From: Dicyema japonicum
Taxonomy: Eukaryota > Animalia > Dicyemida
Reading direction: 5' to 3'
Assembly: GCA_011109175.1 (NCBI GenBank)
Contig: RDEW01000002.1
Location: 322,299 to 386,298, forward strand
DNA: 64,000 nucleotides
Shown here piece after piece: positions 12,991-27,586 of the stretch; the stretch's first letter is position 1, and every line of letters begins with the position of its first letter. The notes below the pieces were generated by a model. It worked only from the letters and a program-made list of their open reading frames with translations, had not been told where the DNA came from and did not search any database. A program made the translations under genes and the position numbers.

Positions 12991-15900
12991 AAGATTGTGT
13001 AAAAATATCGAAGATAGCAATTTCTTGTTACCCTAGTAATAGGGGTTTTCTCCACGAACGTCCTGTGCAGACTGCTTCTACCAATTGAATTCGAGATCGG
13101 GAAGGTCACAGATAGCTGAAAACTGCTAAACTTATTATGCGTTTGGCTATTAAGCACTTCTGGCGCAGCTCGTGTTGGGAGATATCTGAAGTATCTATTT
13201 AATTGGATAAGAAATTTCTTAACTTGAAGAGAATCTTTTGTAAAAATGGGTGGAATTATCTTCACTGCGATCTCGCTTATCAGAAGGGTTCTCGTTTATC
13301 AGTGCCATATTTTTATGGCAAGTTTCCCAAAACCGCCGAGTTTTAATTCTGGAATTCTGATCTATGTAGGTGACATTATTATTATGGATGCGTCCATGAA
13401 GTCACTTCTTTTAGAGAGAGGCTAAAAGATGGACGTTATTGATATGTAGAATGAGAAGGTTAAAGTCTCTGTCAATAAGTCTAACGCTCTACGAACTATT
13501 CACTTCAGGAAACAGCTAAAGCATGAATACATATTATAAGTATAGAACGTGCATTCATTTTGGCGTATAAATTGACCAAGGTGGAATATATATGAAAGAA
13601 ATCAGAGTCAGGAAGGAGGTTGTTAAAGGTCATCAAGCTAAACGTCAATAAGGATACATCTCTATTCATAATTCGAGATTCGTGACGTCCAAAAACGAAA
13701 AAGGACAAACAAATGACCCTCCAAAATGCTGACATACCAAAGGAACCGGCCAGTACTCAACCTGCACGACAGGGGATGATTATTATAGAGATCGACCTAA
13801 CGTCCACGGAGATATTTTCGTTCAGCACACACTTTAAGGCCGTTATTCTCATTGTATCATCGTTCAGGAGATTGCAAATTTCAGCACATGGATATGAATT
13901 CAACCAAGAACCCAATGAATAACAGCCAACTTTTTTGAAGTAGGCAAGTCTTCTTGCATCCAAAGTGCTCTTATGAAACTATTCTCATAATCAAATTTTA
14001 AATGCAATTTCTGATTAATGGGGTCATCCGGATTATTAAGGGATAAGTCCTTCCATACTTCCATAGCTTCTGACGATGACAGAGATATGTTCAGACGCGA
14101 ATAAAAGTTAAGGAACACAAAATTCTTCGATAAACTAAATGAGAACAAATATAAGTCAATGTGATGTCGAAGGTACAGTATGGCCCATCCCACCAAAACT
14201 AGCAAAAAGAGTTCCCTGAAGTAATCCATAATCATCAAAATTAATATTTAAATTCACTTCAATATCTGACCTAATTTTACCGTCAAAAAAGATAGAAAAT
14301 CTTCTTTATAACAGAGGGAATTTTGATAATCGAATGGATTTTGAGAAAAGGGGGAGCAGTTTTTGAACATAATTTTTGTAATTATTTAACATATTCGAGA
14401 TGAATTATTAATCACGAATTTATTCATTGTTTAATTACGATATTAAATGATCCATCGACAAATAAAAGGATTTCAAGGCTATACTGACTGGAGAATGTAT
14501 TGGGAAATCTCGTAAGACAGAAGAATCTTCATTTGGATAGCTTTAGTTCTCTGGATAAAGCGATCACATAATTTGTCAACATAATCTTGGAAGTAAGATC
14601 AATGGATAATCCCAAACATGAATTAAATTCGTCCTGTAATCGTGGTAAAACGACCTCGGTTAAAGAAAGAAATCATCTCAAAAAATCTGACACGATCACC
14701 TTGAAAATGAAACTCAGAATCGGAGCAATGGATAATGAAATAAGGGTCAGAGGCTGAAGTGGAATCGTGTGCATACAACAGTTCATCGAAATCATCAGAA
14801 GACACTACCGAAAATCAAGATAAAATTATTCATAATTGGGTCACATTTTTTTCTGTTGATAAACTTAAGAATATTAATCTAAGAGGAAAAAACTTGTACA
14901 TAAACAACATTCAAAGATTTATTTAGTTAAAATCACTCCTAAGTAATGAGTACGTAGAATTCCGATTTTGCGGAGCTTATTCAATACGTTCTAACAGTTT
15001 TTGCCAAGCAACCATTCTCCTCGCATGCATCTTTAATTCATAGAGGTCGCCTGCTGTTCTCATTTTCAAACAATTTGGGAGTACTTTTGATCCATACAAA
15101 GAGGAAGCGTAGTTCTCTATCTGGTGAACTGAGCCTGTAGGATTTGATGAAGGCACGTAATAGAACGGAATACTTATAGCAAATAAGTCGTGTTGTGGTG
15201 ATCAAATTCACAGTTATTTGTGAATAAAGAATGTGCAAGTACACAAAGCCAAATATTTACATGTATACATCTTGTGTTTTTTTATTGAACTGAAATAACG
15301 GTCTGAGGAGCGAAGCACTACTAACATAATAAATTTTAACTAGTAAGCAAATGTGAAAGAAAAGTATGACAAATAAATATTATTTTAGGGTCATACTTAA
15401 CCGTTAACATTTTCAAAAGCATAATATTCTTTATTAATTTTTTTAACACACTATTATATCTTTTACAAGAAAAAAAGCACGAAATAACATAGTTCAGTGA
15501 GGTTAGGTGAACATAGAGGTATTTTGAACGAATAACACGGAGATCAGCCACATAGAAGGAGGCTGGCTTAAGGACATCAATGCGGATGATGTGGACCAGA
15601 TCCAGAAATACAGAAAGAAAGTTGAAAGGACGAGTGCCATATAGCATTGATAAGAAATCTGTAGAATGTTGGAATCCCACAAACAGTAAAAAAGTTGTCG
15701 CAGCCTACAGCTGTCTGAGTTCCACTTTTACAGCACTAGAGGAAAACTATGACTCGTCTGTCTGTGATTTATGTAATATTTCCATTAGCTATTTCATTTA
15801 GCCTCCCCACGAGTTCCAAGTTCAATCCGCTCCATATCCACATTATTATTCACTTGTTACACCAAAGGTTCCCATATTAACCTCGAGGGATGCTATAACG

Positions 15901-16624
15901 GGAAAATATAGTTTGGTAATATGATTTTAAGGATTTTGTAATACTCGAATAGGGACCACAGCATTGTACTATACGAGAGTCGAAGTATCCCACAGAGATC
16001 ATGTTTACAAAGCAATTTAGATAAACCCCAAGTCGGGACTGAATTCTTTACTACTTCTATGATGGATGTATTTATTGGTGGGATACATAGCCATTCCATT
16101 TGAAAGTCTCAAGTACATTGCTGATAATCTCGACATAGGAAGGTTATTTTCATTCAATATGATTATCGATATTAGGATAACTATACTATTAACAATAGCA
16201 TTATCGAAACAATACAGATCTATGTAATTGCATCATATTCTGATCTATAATGTTGGTTTTCTGCCTCACAAATAATCTCTAATTCAGAAAACTACCAATG
16301 GAGACACCATTCCTATCATAGATCCTACATCTACTCGAGCGACTACGAAAATCTTCCTTTGCGACCGACCTAACAAAATTCCACATACAGATAAGGAAAA
16401 TTGATCTCAACATTCAAAGAAAAGGTTATTCAATTTAGCATATAAAAAAAGTTTGATTGGAAAAAGGAACGCCTAAATTATTTTCTAATTTTTCGTGAAT
16501 TCTGAAAAGATTTCATACTAGCATAAAGAAATTATAGAGTGATGGGACTTTTGCCGAGCTCTTTGAGTACGTTCTAGCAATTTTTAAAAAGCAACCATTC
16601 TAATCGCATGCATCCTTAGTTCTT

Positions 16625-19600
16625 CGTGGTCGTCCGCAGTTCTCATTTTAACCAATTTGGGAGTATTTTTGATCCAGAAACAGAGGAAGCGTAGTTCACT
16701 TTCGGGTCAACTGAGCCTGTAGGATTTGATGAAGGCACGTATAGAACGAAATACTTAGAGCAAAAGAGTAGTTTTGTGGTAATAGAATACACAGTTATTC
16801 GTGACTAAAAAAGTGCAAGTATATACAAAAGCCAAATATTACCATGTAAACATCTTGTGGGTTACGATTGAGCGAAATGATTGTCATATGAGTAAAGCAC
16901 TACTACCATGAACATACGAAACTTTGATAGGTAATAAAAATGTGAAAGAAAAGTATGACAGATAAATATTATTTTATGGTCATACTTAACCGTTTATTTT
17001 TCAACAGCAATACATTTTTTTCACTCTTCTTTTACTCATTACTATATCTTTTACAAGAAAAAGTGTTAGTACATCAGATAGACATTACAGAAAATCTAGA
17101 TAAATTTTTTATAATTGGGTCACATTTTTTTCTGTTAACAAAAATAAAGAATATCAACATGATATAATCATTAAATAAGTGATTTTAGAATAAAATTTAC
17201 AGAGTATATAATTATGAGTTTCCAAGGAAAGTCGGTCACACATAAGTTCTTTTTTCAATTCGAATTCATTTGAAAAATGATACTGAAGTCTTGAGAATTA
17301 ACATCACCAAACTTTTTTCGACTGTACTCTTTATCTTTATCGGTAACTATAGAATTCAAAATCAATAAATCAAAGATCAAGTTAATTAAGACATCTCTAA
17401 AAATTATTAAACATGTGTTTGATAGCGATTTGGGTCTTAAAATCGCCTATGGAGTAAATGAACAAATGCTGGGTAAACTTATACGAGACTTCTCATTAAT
17501 GATTTTATAAAACTGAAAAATTCCGAAAATAAAAATGATTGAAAAATTATTTCTAGCAAACCCATAACATATTAAAATAAACGTTACCGTAGTTTAATCC
17601 TATCTATTTCATAACAATCTCAGAGTAAGCAGTTATGATTATCCAAGTTAATGACAAATTATAAAATTACAAGATGTTAGATAAACTTATATATGTAGCA
17701 TTTTTGAATATGTGAACGATATTTTGTTAACATGAAAATTACTTGATATTAATCATATCTCGAAAAATAATGACATTCAACAATTTTTTGTTGCATTTAA
17801 AATAAGAGAGTACCATGATTAGAAGATTGCTAATACAAGAGCGAATCATTAGAGGCAACGAAATTCTATGTTTGAAATAAAAATTATTTTCTATAAATAG
17901 TTTGAATTCTTCTTATATTTATAAACGACTGATACTGAGATTGAAAAATGATTTTTATTAGCACCATTCTATTTTTCATGATAAAATCAAACATCATCCC
18001 GCCTACAACGGGTTTAATAATTAAATAATTTGAGTAGATCTAGAAACTGAAGGGAAAACAGGTTCTATGTTTGAATAATTCTTATAGTTCTCGGACAGGT
18101 TTTATGATGTATTAATTTCAGTCTCAACCAAAGAATCAACAACAGGTTTATCATTTAATTATACGTTAGAATCGACAATCTCGTCAAGTTAATTATCTGA
18201 TAATTTCTCTTAGGTAACATATGGCCTTCCAGAATTAGTATAATGTTCGCTTATTTTAAATGTTGGTGTCGATCTGTTGAACACACGTTTAGTCATTTTT
18301 TAACTGGGTAATGACATCAATGATCGCTTTTTCTGGTTATTAATAAATGGGTTTATTTGAATCAGGATTCTTATTATTAGCACTTAGCTATGCCATAAGA
18401 CGTTAAAAAATGTGAAACACTGAAATCATCTATAAGTTGGTTTTATCAATTTCTGACGACATCATTCTATATCCCTTAACCTGTTAAGGTATTCCCCATC
18501 ACTTAAGGTCTTCATCAAAAACGATTGTTAGGATTGTACTCCGTCTACCACAAACCAAAATAGTCTCTAATGATAACGAATCTACTCTCAGACGAATTAT
18601 ATGTCCAAGCAGTCACCATCCAGCCTCAAGAATGCGTGATCTCGTACGATTCAAGGTTCTAGCAAAAATTCATTATCCTTTAAGTAAAATGAGATACTCT
18701 TTGGAATCTCTTCTATAAAAAAGTTCTGAAATTCGATAAGTTACTCAAGATCCACAGCAATGGCTGCGAAATTAAATTTACGTTTATCAAAATTCTCTAG
18801 TGAACTATCGTCTCATTTAATCTTCCAAGAATGTTTCGAAGGGACTCTAATAATCTCAGTGGCCCTTAACGAAAATATAAAGGCTTTGACTAATCATACC
18901 ACAGACTAGGAAAATCAGTTTTCTAAGATTAAAAATAATAAATACAATCTCAATCATTATGAATGGCATTCCAGAAACAATTCGTGCATTAAATCAGTAA
19001 AACTTATCTTTTAATTGCTCACATGTGAACAATCTCCAACAGAATTCTAGAGATTTTATACATATCCATTATTTATTCCCTACATCTTGTATCAGACATT
19101 GAATTCGAATCTTTAATTTTACTTCATCAAACCTAGCAACACATCACTAGAAAAAATTCTCATATCTGTGAATAATCCAAAGGCATTCAATTTCGTTTCT
19201 CAGAAAATACGCACAAATATTAGATAAAAAATATTCATCTCAACAAATGTTCTGAAACTTAATAAGCGAATGATGGATAAGTAATCTTTAATAACATGAA
19301 ATAGTAGTCACGTTTGTTGTCTAGTTGAGTTGCCAAATAATCTCCAGTATTGCAGGTACTCTGCACTTTGTACATACAAACACAACAACTCATATAATGT
19401 GAATCAAATAACTACTTTGTCTAAAAAATAAATGTTAGATATCCTGACATTTTGGTTTACTCAAATATGGTTTGAAGTCTCCGAGTGATGTCTTTTATAA
19501 CATTTATTTAAAACATGTAATATATTTTACATCATAATAGCGAATATTCCTAAGATCATAATGATCGATGACTTCCTATGGTGAAGCATAAGGGTTGCAA

Positions 19601-22600
19601 TAGTAATTAAGAGTTAAAAACTCCGAAGAAAATTTCAATAACTCCCAGAAGCAATGCTGAGTACCTCTCCATGGAACTAATAGATCTATAAATTGCTATA
19701 AGGTCGTCCGCTGTTCTTATTTTAACCAATTTGGGAGCATTTTTGATACAGACTGAGAGAAGCGTAGTTCACTTTCGAGTCAACTGAGCCTGTAGGATTT
19801 GATGAAGGCACGTATAGAACGAAATACTTAGAGCAAATAAGTAGTTTTGTGGTAATAGAATACACAGTTATTCGTGACTAAAAAGTGCAAGTATATACAA
19901 AAGCCAAATATTACCATGTAAACATCTTGTGGGTTACGATTGAGCGAAATGATTGTCATATGAGTAAAGCACTACTACCATGAACATACGAAACTTTGAT
20001 AGGTAATAAAAATGTGAAAGAAAAGTATGACAGATAAATATTATTTTATGGTCATACTTAACCGTTTATTTTTCAACAGCAATACATTTTTTTCACTCTT
20101 CTTTTACTCATTACTATATCTTTTACAAGAAAAAGTTTGTTTTAGTACATCAGATAGACATTACAGAAAATCTAGATAATTTTTTATAATTGGGTCACAT
20201 TTTTTTCTGTTAACAAAAATAAAGAATATCAACATGATATAATCATTAAATAAGTGATTTTAGAATAAAATTTACAGAGTATATAATTATGAGTATCCAA
20301 GGAAAGTCTCTCAGCACAGAAGTTCTCTTTTCAATTCGATTTCATTTGAAAAATGATGCAGAAGTCTTGGGAATTAACATCACCAAACTTTTTTCGACTA
20401 TACTCTTTATCTTTATCGGTAACTATAGAATTCAAAATCAATAAATCAAAGATCAAGTTAATTAAGACATCTCTAAAAATTATTAAACATCTGTTTGATA
20501 GCTATTTGGGTCTTAAATCGCCTATGGAGTAAATGAACAAATGCTGGTAAACTTATACGAGACTTCTCATTAATGATTTTATAAAACTGAAAAATTCCGA
20601 AAATAAAAATGATTGAAAAATTATTTCTAGCAAACCCATAACATATTAAAATAAACGTTACCGTAGTTTAATCCTATCTATTTCATAACAATCTCAGAGT
20701 AAGCAGTTATGATTATCCAAGTTAATGACAAATTATAAAATTACAAGATGTTAGATAAACTTATATATGTAGCATTTTTGAATATGTGAACGATATTTTG
20801 TTAACATGAAAATTACTTGATATTAATCATATCTCGAAAAATAATGACATTCAACAATTTTTTGTTGCATTTAAAATAAGAGAGTACCATAATTAGAAGA
20901 TTGCTAATACAAGAGCGAATCATTAGAGGCAACGAAATTCTATGTTTGAAATAAAAATTATTTTCTATAAATAGTTTGAATTCTTCTATATATTTATAAA
21001 CGACTGATACTGAGATTGAAAAATGATTTTTATTAGCACCATTCTATTTTTCATGATAAAATCAAACATCATCCCGCCTACAACGGGTTTAATAATTAAA
21101 TAATTTGAGTAGATCTAGAAACTGAAGGGAAAACAGGTTCTATGTTTGAATAATTCTTATAGTTCTCGGACAGGTTTTATGATGTATTAATTTCAGTCTC
21201 AACCAAAGAATCAACAACAGGTTTATCATTTAATTATGCGTTAGAATCGACAATCTCGTCAAGTTAATTATCTGATAATTTCTCTTAGGTAACATATGGC
21301 CTTCCAGAATTAGTATAATGTTCGCTTATTTTAAATGTTGGTGTCGATCTGTTGAACACACGTTTAGTCATTTTTTAACTGGGTAATGACATCAATGATC
21401 GCTTTTTCTGGTTATTAATAAATGGGTTTATTTGAATCAGGATTCTTATTATTAGCACTTAGCTATGCCATAAGACGTTAAAAAATGTGAAAAACTGAAA
21501 TCATCTATAAGTTGGTTTTATCAATTTCTGACGACATCATTCTATATCCCTTAGCCTGTTAAGGTATTCCCCATCACTTAAGGTCTTCATCAAAAACGAT
21601 TGTTAGGATTGTACTCCGTCTACCACAAACCAAAATAGTCTCTAATGGTAACGAATCTACTCTCAGACGAATTATATGTCCAAGCAGTCACCATCCAGCC
21701 TCAAGAATGCGTGATCTCGTACGATTCAAGGTTCTAGCAAAAATTCATTATCCTTTAAGTAAAATGAGATACTCTTTGGAATCTCTTCTATAAAAAAGTT
21801 CTGAAATTCGATAAGTTACTCAAGATCCACAGCAATGGCTGCGAAATTAAATTTACGTTTATCAAAATTCTCTAGTGAACTATCGTCTCATTTAATCTCC
21901 CAAGAATGTTTCGAAGGGACTCTAATAATCTCAGTGGCCCTTAACCGAAAATATAAAGGCTTTGACTAATCATTCCACAGACTGAGGAAGATCAGTTTTC
22001 TAAAATTAAAAATAATAAATACAATCTCAATCATTATGAATGGCATTCCAGAAACAATTCGTGCATTAAATCAGTAAAACTTATCTTTTAATTGCTCACA
22101 TGTGAACAATCTCCAACAGAATTCTAGAGATTTTATACATATCCATTATTTATTCCCTACATCTTGTATCAGACATTGAATTCGAATCTTTAATTTTACT
22201 TCATCAAACCTAGCAACACATCACTAGAAAAAATTCTCATATCTGTGAATAATCCAAAGGCATTCAATTTCGTTTCTCAGAAAATACGCACAAATATTAG
22301 ATAAAAAATATTCATCTCAACAAATGTTCTGAAACTTAATAAGCGAATGATGGATAAGTAATCTTTAATAACATGAAATACTAGACACGTTTGTTGTCTA
22401 GTTGAGTTGCCAAATAATCTCCAGTATTGCAGGTACTCTGCACTTTGTACATACAAACACAACAACTCATATAATGTGAATCAAATAACTACTTTGTCTA
22501 AAAAATAAATGTTAGATATCCTGACATTTTGGTTTACTCAAATATGGTTTGAAGTCTCCGAGTGATGTCTTTTATAGCATTTATTTAAAACATGTAATAT

Positions 22601-23270
22601 ATTTTACATCATAATAGCGAATATTCCTAAGATCATAGTGATCGATGACATCCTATGGTGAAGCATAAGGGTTGCAATAGTAATTAAGAGTTAAAAGCTC
22701 CGAAGATAATTTCAATAACTCCCAGAAGCAATGCTGAGTACCTCTCCATGGAACTAATACAGATCTATAAATTGCTATAAGGTCGTCCGCTGTTCTTATT
22801 TTAACCAATTTGGGAGCATTTTTGATACAGACTGAGAGAAGCGTAGTTCACTTTCGAGTCAACTGAGCCTGTAGGATTGATGAAGGCACGTATAGAACGA
22901 AATACTTAGAGCAAATAAGTAGTTTTGTGGTAATAGAATACACAGTTATTCGTGACTAAAAAGTGCAAGTATATACAAAAGCCAAATATTACCATGTAAA
23001 CATCTTGTGGGTTACGATTGAGTGAAATGATTGTCATATGAGTAAAGCAGTACTACCATGAACATACGAAACTTTGATAGGTAATAAAAATGTGAAAGAA
23101 AAGTATGACAGATAAATATTATTTTATGGTCATACTTAACCGTTTATTTTTCAACAGCAATACATTTTTTTCACTCTTTTTTTACTCATTACTATATCTT
23201 TTACAAGAAAAAGTTTGTGTTAGTACATCAGATAGACATTACAGAAAATCTAGATAAATTTTTTATAATT
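16625..23270. repeat. Tandem duplication, ~3.08-kb unit x ~2.2
   Basis: Anchor GGTCGTCCGC(A/T)GTTCT recurs at ~16628, ~19702 and ~22781. The intervening sequence is near-identical between units, differing mostly by small indels. Confidence 0.95.
18400..19700 (-). pseudogene. Highly degenerate RTE-like relic within the 3.08-kb unit (second copy ~21480-22780)
   Basis: Minus-strand words in RTE order: DHRSL (APE end), GPLRLLESLRNIL (RT start), LLGHIIRL (C-terminus). Confidence 0.4.
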
Positions 23271-23499
23271 ATGTGTCTGTCTTTACACTGGAGTCACGAC
23301 CTTCTTAAAACGATTGTTCTACCATATTCGATTTGCTGCCTATTGTCTGCAACCCTAATTTTGTATTGAAGCCTTGAATCTTATTTTTGATAACAATTGG
23401 ATTCCAGAAGGCAATGCTAAGGTGCTAATGAACAGACTATGATGAACAAGTGTGTAAGCACTGAAGTTGTAATGGACTGTTTAGATTGATGTAGAGCAG

Positions 23500-25000
23500 T
23501 TGTTCCAATACATCGAACATGATTTTTGTGACTGGTTTTAGACAATTCTGAAATTCCATATATATTTTTTTTTTCCCTTATTGCGTATTAGAATCCTCCT
23601 TGCTCAGAAGGATGGAGATAGATACTATTCGTTGCAATCACAGAAAATCTTAGAAATTCAAAAATAAAACTAGATTAAACAGAATACTTAGATTAACTTC
23701 CCAAATCTTCCTTAAAATAGAGTTAAGACATTTTTGAGTTAGGTTAGTGAAAAATGACTATACGTTCTGTTTCGTTTGACAAAGACAGCATTTATCTGAA
23801 TTTAATTTTTAGTGTTCTACTTTTGACGCGCTCTTGCAATCAGTTTTATAAGTGTTCTCTATACAACCTTTTTCCACAAACGCAATCCTGGTTCATTAAG
23901 TCGTTTACTGTTCTCAATTTCAAACAATTTTGGCATACTCTTTATACAGACAGAGACGAAGCTTAGTTCTCTGTCGTCCATAAAAACCCCCAGTTACATT
24001 TCGATTGAAAAATCTCCCATAATGAAATTACTTGGTCTCACCGTGATTGTGGCACAAAAAATCGCCTGGGAGAATTGATCACTTCATCGCTAATCGTGCC
24101 GGATTTAATGGCTTGTCAAAAATCCTTTTGTTTAATTTCTTAGACCAGGAGATTATACATCTTTTGTCAACCGAATTCTGTGGAATCTGCCATGTTGTTA
24201 AAACCTGCTTTCAATTTTAATCTATAGACTTAAGCCAACGATGGCTTCAAATCTGTCAAAATCGACGTTGATTCAGATAAATATCAGACAACAGAACTTG
24301 ACCGACTCATAGTTATAATAAGCAAGGTTTTTACTGAAATATCAAAGGGTCAGTGATTCTTTAATATTTCCTTGAACAAAGAGGATATTTATTTGATTAT
24401 TTAGTAAGTCTGTATTATATAGTTCTCCACAAATATTGTTGATTCTGTTATTAGCTACAAACGAGTTCCTGCTTAATTATGTAAATGCAAATGTGCAGCC
24501 TTTCTCGAAATTTCTCGAAGGTCCAAAATGGCTGATTCGCGAGGATATACTACTATAGGCATTTTTTGAGAGATTATCAATTATAAGAATCAAAAGAGGT
24601 AATACAACAGAATTAAATTAACATTATAAGATAATCTATTCTCTACTTATGTGCACTAATGTTAACTCTGTAATCACTATTAAAAATATGCTTACACAAG
24701 AAGACGTTTAGTAATAAAACACATAAAAATTTTCACTCTTTAAGTTATTTCTGACAAAAATTTTAACACAAGTATTTTGACCATTTGGTAAAGGTTTACT
24801 TCCTATATATATCCAATTTAACTTTATTCAATAAAGCTTTGTTATCCGATGATCCAGTAGAAGCAAAATTATTTATCTTTTTATTCAGTTGCATCATTTT
24901 GTCTGAAATTCTTGACTTAAATGCAGAAAATCAGATCATTTGATTTTTTTAATTCATAGCAGCACATCTTAAAATGAATAATATTCCCATCGAACAAAGC
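23500..25000 (-). repeat. Diverged inverted copy of the array unit core and its right flank
   Basis: rc(23500-24070) aligns with 41215-41750. rc(24070-25000) aligns, with deletions, to 28500-29600. Confidence 0.85.
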
Positions 25001-27269
25001 TTTAGGTGATTACTTGTCTGTTAAAAGAGACGATTTTGTCTAAGCGAAACATTGTTAGTTGTCTTCATATGGACCTTAAAAATAAAAAAAACAAATCTGA
25101 TCCACCTACGATCTGGAATCAATGAGATCTAACAAAAACGAAAGAGACACATTTCTGGTTTTATTGAACTATTCAGCTTTAATCTTCAGATATCCAATTA
25201 TCAGTCCAAATTATACAAGGGATTTAGCCTTATTTCTGTCCGATATTGTAAGTTTGCAACAGATAATCTGATGCCCTACTTTTCAAATCTTTCAACCGTA
25301 AATTTTTCTCACAATATCGTTCCAAGATATTCTTCCAACTTTACTTGTACATAATTAATTAAGAGCTCGTTAGTATCAAATAACAGAATCAACAATATCT
25401 GTGGAGAACTACTAATTTACACTCTCACTCAATCATCAAAAAATATCTATATGTTCAACAAAATATTAAAGTTTTACTGACCCTTTGATATAACAACAGG
25501 AATATTACTGCTTATTTAAAAACCCGATAAAAGTGCAGGCCCACTTAAGAATCTGAGGCGCATAGTTTTATTAAGGTCTCTCAAAAACCTTCCCTATTAT
25601 AACTATGAGTCGGTCAAGTTCTGTTGTCTGATATTTATCTAAGTCAAAGTCGATTTTAACAGATTTGAAGCTTTCGTTGGTTTACGGTAATATATCAAAA
25701 TCAAAAGCAGGTATGAACAACTATGCAGACACCAAAGAAATCGATTAAGAATAGTTATAGGGATAAACTTGTTAAAGAAATTAAACAATAAGAATCTTTA
25801 CTAGACATGTATATGCGGGACGATTAGAGAGGAAGTGATCAATTTCGCTGGCGATTTTTTTGTGACACAATCTCGGTGACACCAAATAATTTCATTATGA
25901 GAAATTTTTCAATAGAAATGTAACTTGGGGCTTTTGTGGACGACAGAAAACTAAGCTTCCTCTCTGTCTGGTTCAAGAGTATGCCAAAATAGGTTGAAAA
26001 TAAGAACAGTGTACCACCTAATGAATTACGCAAGCGTGTTTTGAAGAAGGTTGTATAAAGAACACTGCTAAAACTGATGGCAAGATTGCGAAAAAGTGAA
26101 ACACTAAGAATTAAATTCAATTCAAAGATGTCTTTGTCAAACTAACACAAGTATTTTGACCACTTGGATAAAGGTTTACTTCTTACACTATATCCATTAT
26201 CACTTTATTCAATAACGTTAAATCATCCGCTGATCCAGGAGAAGCAAAATTATTTCTTCCAATTCAGTTGCATCATTTTTGTAGTAATTTCTCACATTTG
26301 TGGTTGAGAATAGATTTCGAAAGTTAAGAATATTATCTCATAGGCTATTCTTTGACTTTAATGCAGAAATTCAGGTCATTTGAAATTTTTTAATTCATAG
26401 CAGCACATCTTAGGATGATACTATTCCCATCGAACAAAGCTTAAGGTGATTACTTGTATGTCAAAAGAGACGATTTCGTCTAAGTCTAAGCGTAACATTG
26501 TCAGTTGTCTTCATATGGACCTTAAAAATAAAAAAAAGACAAATCTGATCCGCCTACGATCTGGAATCAATTAGATCTTACACTAATAGAGAAGTTACGA
26601 ACGGAATAACATTTAATATTGTTTCTTTAGATGCATATGCGGGTTCAAAAATATTATAGCTCTCTTGAAAGTGCTGAGTAAATTAATTTAAATTAATTCC
26701 AAAGATCAAAGGTTATCAAACTATCTACTCTCGATCCTGACTCGTTCCAACATTCCAGAACTTGTCAACAGGTAACGACGTTGTCCCAGGGAAAGAATTA
26801 TTGATCTTCTTGATCGCGACAGTCATTGTGCGCATCCAAAATAAAAAAATTACTTTTTTAAATATCAAAACTATGCTATTCTCGGCTAAAAATATATTCA
26901 CATGTTGCGATATGTCAAATATCAATACTTAAAATCAAGTGTAAACTAAAGAGACAACTTCGAATCTCGAACAAACAATTAAAGACTCATTAGGCAACGA
27001 AACAGACTTCATAGCTTTTTTAATTAATTAAGAGCTTGTTAGTATCTAATAACAATATCAACAATATTTGTGGAGAACAATTACACTCTTACTCAATCAT
27101 CAAAAAATATCGATATGTTCAACAAAATATTAAAGTTTTACTGACCCTTTGATATATCAACAGGAATATTACTGCTTATACAAAACCCGATAAAAGTGCA
27201 GGCCCACTTAAGAATCTGAGGCGCATAGTTCTATTAAGGTCTATCAAAAACCTTCCCTATTATAACTAT

Positions 27270-27586
27270 AGACGGGTGGCATAGTGGATAGGTTTCGGGC
27301 TTAAGTGGCTTAGGCTAAGGGTTCGAATCTCGCTGCTGTTCACTTGGTGGAAGGTTCCACGTATCTACGATGCCAAAAGGGTTTGACAACTGACGCCGTC
27401 ATCAGTGGATTCTCACTGCCGAACTGGATTGTCTAGAAAGGACACTCACACAAGAAAAAGATAGTAAGAAGTGAAGATCATTCCTTGGTTCTACGATTAG
27501 TTAAAATTAACTATTCTTTACATAAATAAGTGTGTGTCCTGCCTATGCGGAGATATAAATATTATGGCTCTCGTGAAAAGGTTTTT
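27270..27586 (+). mobile_element. tRNA-derived SINE, copy 1
   Basis: A box TGGCATAGTGG, B box GGTTCGAATCT, (TAT)n tail. Inserted at the TATTATAACTAT target, which is empty at ~25597, ~29312, ~33034, ~36407 and ~39773. Confidence 0.9.

Noticed and set aside
13150-13480. Protein-kinase-like words on the minus strand (DRDFN, LKLGGFG, AAPEVLN)
   Set aside because: The spacing is about twice that of a kinase domain and the frames are inconsistent; cannot be distinguished from chance.
14160-14240. K-channel-pore-like word (SFGGMGHTVPST) on the minus strand
   Set aside because: Lacks the GYG signature and a supporting transmembrane context.
27270-27345. SINE heads as functional tRNA genes
   Set aside because: No acceptor-stem closure or Pol III terminator after the T-arm; followed by a 250-bp body with tail and TSD.
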